NCBI GenBank assembly: GCA_965248575.1
Contig: CBDFJQ010000002.1
Location: 4,512,001-4,576,000 of the forward strand
Direction: 5' to 3'
Source of the DNA: Planctomycetota bacterium
GTDB lineage: Bacteria; Planctomycetota; B15-G4
Length of the DNA stretch: 64,000 nt
Every line of letters starts with the position of its first letter. The stretch's first letter is position 1. Positions 26,925 through 35,265 of the stretch are shown one piece after another. Below the pieces are notes generated by a model that was given only the letters and a program-made list of their open reading frames with translations, made no database searches and was not told the origin of the DNA. The translations under genes and the position numbers were made by a program.

Positions 26925-28231
26925 GCTCGGACATGATTTCGGACGGGCAGGACACAGTCACCGTCCACAAGGACAGCAGCCAAGAACGGCAGAAGGCGAT
27001 GATCGCTGGTCACTACGATCGCCTGTCCACGGCTGAAGAGCGCGGTGAAACCAGCGTCTACACCTACGTGCCGGGCAACCTCACCGAGCTGCTGCTCAGT
27101 TTTGATGTGGCGCCCGTGCATCCCGAGATCAACGCGCTGCAATCAGCGATGCGCGGCAAGAGCAAGGACTACATTGCTCGCGCCGAGAAGGACGGCCACA
27201 GCGAAGACGTCTGCACCTACGTCAAGTGCGACATCGGCATGAAGCGCGCAGGCAACATCGGGCCGACAGGGCAACGGCTGCCCAAGCCCGACCTGCTGTT
27301 GCTCTCGTACACCGGTTGTTTCACTTTTCTCAAGTGGTTCGAGCTGCTCAAGGAGGAGTACGATTGCCCCGTCAGCATGCTGCATGTGCCCTATCAGGCC
27401 GACGGGCGCATCACTGACTCCATGCGCGAGTATGTGGTCGCGCAACTCAAGACCAAGGTCATCCCCGCACTCGAAGCCGCCACGGGTCGCAAGTACGACC
27501 AGGATCGCCTGAGCGAACACCTCGCCCGGTCTGCCCAGGCCGAAGACGACCTGGTGCATGTGCTCGAGTCGGCCAAGAACACGCCCTCACCCATCGACGC
27601 ATACTTTGGCGGCGTCTACTACATTGGGCCGATCTTCACCGCCTTCCGCGGCACCCAGGATGCCGTCGACTACTACAGCGCGTTGCGCGAGGAGATCGAC
27701 GAGCGGGTGCGCCTGGGCCAGGGCCCCGTGACCCCAGAGGGTGTGCTCGACAACGAGCGCCACCGTATCGTCGTGGAGGGCCCTCCCAACTGGACCCACT
27801 TCCGGGAGTTCTGGAAGATGTTCAGCGACGAAGGGGCCGTGGCCGTGGCCTCCACCTACACCAAGGTGGGCGGCGTCTACGACACGGGTTTCCGCCATGA
27901 CCCGGACCGGCCGCTCGAAAGCCTGGCCGAGTACTGCCTGGGCTGCTACACGAACCTCGACCTGCCCACGCGGGTCAGCATGCTCGAGCGCTACGTGCGC
28001 GAGTACAAGGCCGACGGCTTCCTGATCAATTCGGTCAAGAGTTGCAACTCTTTCAGCGCGGGCCAGCTGATGATCCTGCGCGAAGTGGAGAAGCGCACGG
28101 GCAAGCCCGGCGGATTCATCGAGAGCGATCTCGTGGACCCGCGCTACTTCTCCGCGGCCAACATCAAGAACCGTCTGGAGTCCTACTTCCAGATGATCGA
28201 CCAGAAACGCGCCGGCGGAGCCTCCTCATGA
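26921..28231 (+). CDS. bcrB: Class I benzoyl-CoA reductase subunit B
   Basis: PEINALQ, GHSEDVCTYVKCDIG, YTGCFTF, KSCNSFSAGQ. Confidence 0.93.
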   Translation: MSSDMISDGQDTVTVHKDSSQERQKAMIAGHYDRLSTAEERGETSVYTYVPGNLTELLLSFDVAPVHPEINALQSAMRGKSKDYIARAEKDGHSEDVCTYVKCDIGMKRAGNIGPTGQRLPKPDLLLLSYTGCFTFLKWFELLKEEYDCPVSMLHVPYQADGRITDSMREYVVAQLKTKVIPALEAATGRKYDQDRLSEHLARSAQAEDDLVHVLESAKNTPSPIDAYFGGVYYIGPIFTAFRGTQDAVDYYSALREEIDERVRLGQGPVTPEGVLDNERHRIVVEGPPNWTHFREFWKMFSDEGAVAVASTYTKVGGVYDTGFRHDPDRPLESLAEYCLGCYTNLDLPTRVSMLERYVREYKADGFLINSVKSCNSFSAGQLMILREVEKRTGKPGGFIESDLVDPRYFSAANIKNRLESYFQMIDQKRAGGASS

Positions 28232-29595
28232 GATACACAGTCGGCATCGACCTGGGCTCCACCACCACCAAGGCGGTCATCCTGGACGAACACGCGAAGT
28301 TGCTGGGGCGCGGCATCACCAACAGCCGCAGCAACTACGATGTCGCTTGCCAGGTGGCGCTCAACGAAGCCCTGATCAACACGCGCTTCAGCACGGTCGC
28401 AGCCAGTCTCGATGACTTTGGGGTGGATGCTGCAACCGCTGCCAAGCAGGTGGCTCGCCTGGCAGATCGCTTCCGCGAACAACAGTACCGGGGCCAACTC
28501 AACGTCTTGGCAGATGTGATTCGACGGCTGCTGGGCCAGAGCGACGGCGGTGAAGACGCGGCCCATGCCGTGGAGGCCATCCTCTCCACCATGGACTCGG
28601 AAACGCCCGGCCTGTACGCCGAAGGCACGTCGCGCAAGAGCGACTTCTTCCGTGACCTGGCAGGCAGCCGCTTCCTGAAACTCTCAGAGGAGCAGGCCCG
28701 CGCAGCAACCAAAGGGCGCAGCAGCTGCTCCGGAATGGCGGACGACGATCCGGGGACAGGCAGCGCCTTGTCACTCTTCGATCGCCTGGTCGGCCTTTAC
28801 GACAAGGCCATCCTGGAAGTGGAGAACACTCCAGCCAACGATGACTTCGGTGAGGTCGCTCTGCTGGCGGTGCGTTCCATGGAGGGCGCGGAACCGCAAC
28901 TGGAACGCGCCGTGCAGGAAGCGGCCATCGCGCAGCTGGAGCAGATCGGGAGTGTCGGCACGGGTTATGGGCGTCAGCGTCTGCCCTTCCCCGAGGGCAA
29001 CATCCGCTCGGAGATCCTGTGCCATGGGCTGGGCGCCCACGCCATGTTCCCGCACACGCGCACGGTGCTCGACATCGGCGGGCAGGACACCAAAGCCATT
29101 CAGGTGGATGGCAGCGGCATCGTCACGTCGTTCCAGATGAACGACCGCTGCGCCGCCGGTTGTGGCCGCTATCTCGGCTACATCGCCGACGAGATGAACC
29201 TGGGCCTGCACGAGCTGGGTCCGCTTGCCGGGGAATCCGAGAAGCCCGCTCGCATCAACTCGACCTGCACTGTCTTCGCCGGCTCCGAGCTGCGCGAACG
29301 GCTCTCCTTGGGTGAGAAGCGCGAAGACATCCTGGCGGGACTGCACCGCGCCATCATCGTGCGGGCCATGTCTCTGCTCGCGCGCTCTGGCGGAGTGAAC
29401 GATGAGTTCACGTTCACTGGCGGCGTGGCACGCAACCCCGCGGCCGTCGACGCGCTGAGAGGTCTCATCAAGGACAACTACGGCGAAGTGACCATGAATA
29501 TCTCCGAAGACTCGATCTACACCGGCGCTTTGGGTGCGGCCTTGTTCGCCCTGCGCAGTGCCTCCACCCCGCAACCGGAATGTGCCACGCCATGA
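28228..29595 (+). CDS. bcrA: Class I benzoyl-CoA reductase subunit A (ASKHA ATPase)
   Basis: GIDLGSTTTK, GTGYGR, DIGGQDTK, MNDRCAAGCG, NSTCTVFA. Confidence 0.93.
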   Translation: MRYTVGIDLGSTTTKAVILDEHAKLLGRGITNSRSNYDVACQVALNEALINTRFSTVAASLDDFGVDAATAAKQVARLADRFREQQYRGQLNVLADVIRRLLGQSDGGEDAAHAVEAILSTMDSETPGLYAEGTSRKSDFFRDLAGSRFLKLSEEQARAATKGRSSCSGMADDDPGTGSALSLFDRLVGLYDKAILEVENTPANDDFGEVALLAVRSMEGAEPQLERAVQEAAIAQLEQIGSVGTGYGRQRLPFPEGNIRSEILCHGLGAHAMFPHTRTVLDIGGQDTKAIQVDGSGIVTSFQMNDRCAAGCGRYLGYIADEMNLGLHELGPLAGESEKPARINSTCTVFAGSELRERLSLGEKREDILAGLHRAIIVRAMSLLARSGGVNDEFTFTGGVARNPAAVDALRGLIKDNYGEVTMNISEDSIYTGALGAALFALRSASTPQPECATP

Positions 29596-30452
29596 CTTCC
29601 ACCAGCCTGCTGACCGCCGGCATCGATGTCGGCACTGCATCTGTCAAGGTCGCCATCATGCGCGACGACGGCTCCAAGAATGGAACGGAGCTGCTCGGCG
29701 GCAAGACCGAACGGATCCGCCGCCGCAACGCGCTGCTCGTGGTCGAAGACGCCCTGGACGCAGCGCTGAAAGAGGCCGGCGTCAATCGCGAGCAGTTGGA
29801 CTACATCGCCACGACCGGAGAGGGCGAGATCGTTCACTTCCGAACCGGCCACTTCTACGGCATGACAACCCATGCCCGCGGCGCGCTCTTCCTTGACGCC
29901 GACGCACGAGCTGCCGTGGACATCGGCGCCCTGCACACCCGCGCCATGCTGATCGACGAGCGCGCCAAGGTGCTGGGCTACCGCATGACCAGCCAATGCG
30001 CATCGGGTTCGGGCCAGTTCCTGGAGAACATCAGCCGCTATCTGGGCGTCACCTTGGAAGAGATCGGTCCGCTGTCTTGCGAGTCCACCAAGCCCGAAGC
30101 CTGCAGCTCCATTTGTGCGGTGCTGGCGGAGACCGACGTGATCAACATGGTCTCGCGCGGTATCTCCACGGCCGACATCCTGAAGGGTATTCACCTCTCC
30201 ATGGCGGGTCGCTACGTGAAGCTGCTCAACTCGGTGGGTGCCAAGGGTGTGGTGCTGATCACCGGCGGTCTCGCCGCCGACGAGGGCCTGGTAGGTGCGC
30301 TGCGCGAGTTGATTGAAGAGGCAGACGTGCCCGTAGAAGTCCGTGCCCACCCCAAGTCCATCCTGGCCGGATCCATCGGTGCGGCTCTCTGGGGCGCGTT
30401 CCGTTTCCGCAAGCTCAACAAGCTGGGACAAGCGCTGACCGCCTCGTCATGA
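29592..30452 (+). CDS. bcrD: Class I benzoyl-CoA reductase subunit D (ASKHA ATPase)
   Basis: GIDVGT, ATTGEGE, GHFYGMTTHARG, MTSQCASGSG, ICAVLAETD. Confidence 0.93.
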   Translation: MTSTSLLTAGIDVGTASVKVAIMRDDGSKNGTELLGGKTERIRRRNALLVVEDALDAALKEAGVNREQLDYIATTGEGEIVHFRTGHFYGMTTHARGALFLDADARAAVDIGALHTRAMLIDERAKVLGYRMTSQCASGSGQFLENISRYLGVTLEEIGPLSCESTKPEACSSICAVLAETDVINMVSRGISTADILKGIHLSMAGRYVKLLNSVGAKGVVLITGGLAADEGLVGALRELIEEADVPVEVRAHPKSILAGSIGAALWGAFRFRKLNKLGQALTASS

Positions 30453-31195
30453 CCATCCACCCGCAGCCACGCAAACACATCGATCCGCTTCTGTCCCTCC
30501 AGGATTCGGTGTGCCTTGTCACAGGTGGCGCGGGAGACATCGGGTCCGCCATTGCTGCCCAGCTCTCCGAGATGGGCGCCACGGTTGTGTCCGCAGACAT
30601 CGAGCAGAGCGGGAGACCGGGCTCGGAGGTCTGCGACATCTCCGACCCGGCCAGCGTGCAGCAGCTCGTCCAGCGCATCATCGACAGCCACGGGCGCCTT
30701 GACCTGCTGGTCCACAGCGCGGGCATCACCCGCGACAGCGTGCTCTGGAAGATGCCCGACAGCAACTGGTCCGATGTGCTGACGGTCAACCTCGACTCGG
30801 CATTCTATCTGCTCAAAGCTGCCGCTCCGCACCTGCGAGAATCGCCACGCTCTTCCGTTGTGCTGATCTCCTCCATCAACGGGCAACGTGGAAAGTTTGG
30901 CCAGGCCAACTACTCCGCCAGCAAGGCCGGGCTGATTGGCCTGGCCAAGAGCGCAGCGCGCGAGCTCGGAAACTTTGGCGTGCGTGTCAACGTCGTCGCT
31001 CCAGGCTTCATCACGTCGCGCATGACAGCAGACCTTCCGCCGGAGATCACCGCGCGCGCCCTCAGTGAAACCGCCCTCGGAGAAGCGGGCCGCCCAGAGG
31101 ACGTGGCAGGCGCCGTCCTCTTCCTGTGCTCCGGACTCGCCTCCCACGTCACGGGGCAGGTCCTGCGGGTGGACGGTGGCCAGCTCATGGCCTGA
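30449..31195 (+). CDS. SDR oxidoreductase (FabG-like)
   Basis: TGGAGDIG, AGITRD, NYSASKAG. Confidence 0.9.
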   Translation: MTIHPQPRKHIDPLLSLQDSVCLVTGGAGDIGSAIAAQLSEMGATVVSADIEQSGRPGSEVCDISDPASVQQLVQRIIDSHGRLDLLVHSAGITRDSVLWKMPDSNWSDVLTVNLDSAFYLLKAAAPHLRESPRSSVVLISSINGQRGKFGQANYSASKAGLIGLAKSAARELGNFGVRVNVVAPGFITSRMTADLPPEITARALSETALGEAGRPEDVAGAVLFLCSGLASHVTGQVLRVDGGQLMA

Positions 31196-31245
31196 GCCGA
31201 GACAGCCCCCTATCAATCGCCAAGCAACCGAACACGGAGTCAGAC

Positions 31246-31752
31246 ATGGTCACGATGGAAGGCAACGATCTCCAACAAGACAAGATCCGGATTCGGCGCC
31301 TGCGCCCCACGGATCTTGAGCCGGTCATCGCCCTGGACGCGCGAAACACGGGCAGGCGCCGCGAGGAGTTCTTCAAACAGAAGCTGGAGCAGTCCATCGC
31401 CGAAGTGGGCATGGAGATTTCCTTGGCTGCGGAGCACGAAGGTTGCTTCGCCGGCTACCTGATTGCCCGGGTCTACTACGGTGAGTTCGGATCCATGGAG
31501 CAGATGGCGCGGCTGGACTCGGTGGGGGTACACCCCGATTTTCGCGGGCACGGCATCGGCCACGAACTCATGCGGCAACTGCGGACGAACCTGCTGGGTT
31601 TGGGCGTGGGCACCTTGAGCACTGAGGCCGCCTGGGATGACTCCCAGATGCTGGGCTTCTTTCAGCGCGAACAGTTCCATCTCTCGCCCCGACTCTGCCT
31701 CGACCTGGATCTGAAAGAGGCCCGTCGAAGCGAGAACACGCTCATGACATAA
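31246..31752 (+). CDS. GNAT acetyltransferase
   Basis: GYLIARV..GEFG, VGVHPDFRGHGIG; GGAG RBS. Confidence 0.9.
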   Translation: MVTMEGNDLQQDKIRIRRLRPTDLEPVIALDARNTGRRREEFFKQKLEQSIAEVGMEISLAAEHEGCFAGYLIARVYYGEFGSMEQMARLDSVGVHPDFRGHGIGHELMRQLRTNLLGLGVGTLSTEAAWDDSQMLGFFQREQFHLSPRLCLDLDLKEARRSENTLMT

Positions 31753-31822
31753 TCCGGGGCTTCCGGCCAAGCTCTTCCGAGCCCTTCGGCCGCAACCTCT
31801 TGGCCAAGAGCCCCGGTGATTC

Positions 31823-32230
31823 GTGAACCTGCACAAGAGCACTCGCTACGCACTGCACTCCATGCTGGAGCTGGCGCGGGCTGACGAGCGGCCAGTGACC
31901 GTGGCTCAGATCGCCACGCGTTGGGAGATCCCCGAATCGGTGCTGGCCAAGGTGCTGCAGCAGCTTGTGCGCGCGGGCTTCATCCGCAGCGTGCGGGGCG
32001 TGGGCGGCGGCTACATGATGGCGCGCTCACCGGCAGAAGTCAGCGTGCAGGACGTGATCGACAGCTTCGAGCCCACCCACGCCAGCAGGGGCTGCCAACT
32101 GAAGGACATCCCTGGCGCCGAGTGCCCCACCATGGACCCCATGTGCCGCCTGCGCGAGTTGTTCGAGGAGGTAGATCAAACAACCCGCGCCACCTTCAGG
32201 TCCGTCACCTTCGACACGCTGGCGCGCTGA
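31823..32230 (+). CDS. Rrf2-family regulator (BadM-like) with three Cys
   Basis: TRYAL, LAKVLQQLVRAG, SVRGVGGGY; GCQL..ECP..MCRL. Confidence 0.92.
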   Translation: MNLHKSTRYALHSMLELARADERPVTVAQIATRWEIPESVLAKVLQQLVRAGFIRSVRGVGGGYMMARSPAEVSVQDVIDSFEPTHASRGCQLKDIPGAECPTMDPMCRLRELFEEVDQTTRATFRSVTFDTLAR

Positions 32231-32755
32231 TTAGAGATCGCCCCGATTCAGTTGGCGAGGCGAAGAGTTGCCTTCGCATCTGCACAGTTAAGAAGTCGCA
32301 GGCAATCGTCGAGCCCTTGTGGTTACGGATGAAGGTGGACCAGCGTCACCCGTGCTCCGAACATTCAATTTGTCTTGGCCAGCGGATTTGTTTGCTTCCT
32401 TGCTCGCGACCATGAACGCGAAGAGCCGGGGGAGAGAGCACCGCTCTGACGGTTCACCGCCACGAGTCCCCAACCTCACGCCGCTCATGGACCTGACCCA
32501 CGACAACGACCTGGAATCCGCCCCGATCCAGACCTCGGATACTTCGGGCCCGTTTCGCAGACTGTGCTACCGTCGCGGCAAGCGCGTGAACGGCGAGCCC
32601 GTTCGGAGTGAGCCTTTCGCTGTCACGTCGAAGCCAGGCGCATCGCGTTGGGAATCGACGCACGATTTGAGTCGTGCGCACCAGGGGTGAAGACTAGAAC
32701 AGGACTCGGTGCCGCTCCATCCAGAAGCAGCAGCCGCGAATCGAAGGGGGCATTC

Positions 32756-33679
32756 ATGTCCAGGGAGAAGACGATGCAAGACAAAGTTTCAAAGGGCTGC
32801 ACCGCAGCCAAGGCTGATGAAGCGAAGGCAGAGGCCAGCCTGTCCAAGGCAGAGGCTACGAAGAAGACCACGCAGACTGCCCTCAACACGGCAATTAGTG
32901 TGCAAGCGGCCGCGGGGCTCGCGCTTGCAGCAGCAGCTGCCAAGGCGTCTGCTGCCACATCCGCAGCGGCCGCCGCGGTGGTAGCTTCGACTGCCGCCGA
33001 CGCCGCCTCAGCATCAGCCGCCACAGCATCAGCAGCGGCAGATGTCGCTTCAGTTTCCGCCGATGCTGCAGCAGGCACGGCGACTGCGGCTGCTACCGCC
33101 ACCGCAGCAACCGCAGCAACCGCAGCTGCCGCAGCAACGGTGGCCGATGCCACGGCTGCCGCCGCGGCTGCGACTGCAGCGGGATTGACAGCGGCCATGG
33201 TTGCGGCAGATGCAGTAGCGGCTGCCCAGCTTGGATTGGACCCAGTCTCTGATGCGCTCGCAGCGGCCGCGACGGCGGCATCTGTTGCCGCCGATGCTAC
33301 TTCCGCAGCGGCCGCAGCGGCCGCGGTCACAGCCACCTCGATTGCCGCTGCCGCAGCGGCCGCAGCTGCCGTCGACGCCGCAGCTGCCGTACCGCTTGTC
33401 GCCGCCGCTACCGCTGCTACGGCAGCTGCAACCGCGGCTACGGCTGCTGCTACCGCCGCCGTGGCCACAGCGGCTACCGCAACGGCCGATGTAGCGACCA
33501 CTGCCGCAGCCTCAGTTGCGGCAGCGGCACTGGTTGGAAAGCTCAGCGCCGCGAACGCGGTGACGGTGGCAGCCGTAGCAAGCGCAACGGTCGCCAACAA
33601 CGTTGCGGGTACTGCCCTCACCAATGCTCAAAAGGCGAGCACCGCTGCCAGGGCAGCAACAGCGAAGGCCTGCTCCTGA
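32756..33679 (+). CDS. Ala/Thr-rich protein, predicted long helical hairpin
   Basis: 307 aa after an AAGGGGG RBS; about half Ala; Lys-rich ends; two Cys symmetric about GLDP. Confidence 0.7.
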   Translation: MSREKTMQDKVSKGCTAAKADEAKAEASLSKAEATKKTTQTALNTAISVQAAAGLALAAAAAKASAATSAAAAAVVASTAADAASASAATASAAADVASVSADAAAGTATAAATATAATAATAAAAATVADATAAAAAATAAGLTAAMVAADAVAAAQLGLDPVSDALAAAATAASVAADATSAAAAAAAVTATSIAAAAAAAAAVDAAAAVPLVAAATAATAAATAATAAATAAVATAATATADVATTAAASVAAAALVGKLSAANAVTVAAVASATVANNVAGTALTNAQKASTAARAATAKACS

Positions 33680-33992
33680 CGGAACGCAGACCAATCTTTC
33701 CCGTCGAGCATGCCGCATGACTTGAGGTCCCGAAGGAGCCCGGCGATCGGCAAGCAGCCCAACTTGAGGGAAGGGGCCGGAGACCGGCAGCCCGGACTCG
33801 CCGGTCTACGAGCTGGGATGCTGCAGATGACTACCAGCGTCCGCGCCTGGCTCTACTCTTGCGGCAGCGGGTTCAACAGGAACCCGCGCATCACGCCAGC
33901 TAGGCTAGGCTAGACTGGACCCCTCGCCGGTCGCCGCCTCGCAGCGCCAGGGCGCGATCGCACCTCCGACGCCTCCGGCTGAGTTCAATGCC

Positions 33993-35048
33993 ATGTGGAT
34001 GAGAGCCCTCGTACTGTCAGGCCTGCTCGCGCTCGCTGCCCCTGTCTCTGCGCAGACGATCACGCAGATCATCGACTCTACGGGAGACGGCCACGGCCAC
34101 CCGCTGCTGGGGGCCCGGGGTCTCGTCGTGGACCGGGCGGGCACCGTGTACGTGGCGGGACACGGCAGCCACAACGTCTTCCGCATCGCGCCGGACGGCA
34201 TGATCACGCAGATCATGGACGCCTCGGGAGACGGGCAGGGGAACACCCTCGCGAACCCCTTCGACCTCGCGCTGGACGCTGCGGGCAACCTCTACGTCAC
34301 GGGAGAATCGAGCGGCAACGTCTTCCGAATCGCGCCTGACGGCACGATCACCGAGATCCTTGACGCCACGGGGGACGGACGGGGCAACCCCCTCGTGGAG
34401 CCCGAGAGCCTCGTCGTCAGCGACTCGGGTCGGCTCTTCGTGTTGACGAGGGGACCGGGCGGCGTCCTCCGCGTCGACCCAGACGGCACGATCACGCCGA
34501 TCTACTTCGGCTGGTGGCCCATGAGGCTGGCGCTCGGTCCCTCGGACGCCCTCTACGTCACGGACTTCCTCTACGACGAGGGTCACCGGATCGAACTGCA
34601 CGGGCACGGGGCGGCCACCAAGATCATCGACTACGAGGGGGACGGGACGGGCAACCCCTTCTGGTACGGCTCCGCTGTGGCCGTAGGCAGGGCAGGGGTC
34701 TACATGATGGGCGCCGGCAGCAACAACGTCTTCCGGATCGAGCGAGACGGCACGAAGACGCAGATCATCGACGGCAGCGGGGACGGGGAGGGTCACCTGC
34801 TCGACTCCTTCTACGGCATCCACCACCCGGCCGACCTCGCCGTGGACAGCGACGAGAACGTCTACGTGGCCGGCGTCTGGAGCCACAACGTCTTCCGGGT
34901 CGCGCCGGACGGCACGATCACGCAGCTCATCGACGCCACCGGTGACGGGCAGGGCCACCCCCTCATGCACCCGGAGAACCTCGCCGTGGGTCGCGGCGGC
35001 GTCTACGTCTCGGGCTGGGGCAGCGACAACGTGTTCCGGATCGAGTGA
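33993..35048 (+). CDS. Secreted NHL-like beta-propeller repeat protein
   Basis: Signal peptide; repeated ITQIID.TGDG.G..L....L.VD..G.VYV.G..S.NVFRI units. Confidence 0.85.
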   Translation: MWMRALVLSGLLALAAPVSAQTITQIIDSTGDGHGHPLLGARGLVVDRAGTVYVAGHGSHNVFRIAPDGMITQIMDASGDGQGNTLANPFDLALDAAGNLYVTGESSGNVFRIAPDGTITEILDATGDGRGNPLVEPESLVVSDSGRLFVLTRGPGGVLRVDPDGTITPIYFGWWPMRLALGPSDALYVTDFLYDEGHRIELHGHGAATKIIDYEGDGTGNPFWYGSAVAVGRAGVYMMGAGSNNVFRIERDGTKTQIIDGSGDGEGHLLDSFYGIHHPADLAVDSDENVYVAGVWSHNVFRVAPDGTITQLIDATGDGQGHPLMHPENLAVGRGGVYVSGWGSDNVFRIE

Positions 35049-35265
35049 GAGCCGGAAGCCCCCTGCGCGGAAGGGCGACGATCAGCGGGCTCACACCGAT
35101 GTTCGGCACCCGATCCGCAACACGGGAGGGCTTTGTTTCGCTTATGCTCAGAGGATCCAATCACCTTCCAGGATCCACTCCACACCCACCCGCGGACCAG
35201 GTCTCCATGAGCATCGCTTCGTCGAGGCGAACCGGATCAGGCTCCGTGCTGCTCGTGGGGCGCGC

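Noticed and set aside
32623..33624. Minus-strand Ala-rich ORF
   Set aside because: Antisense shadow of GC-rich Ala codons; the plus strand has the RBS and the structured ends
33867..33887. 8-bp hairpin GCGGGTTC/GAACCCGC as REP or terminator
   Set aside because: Single copy, no U-tract, far from the upstream stop
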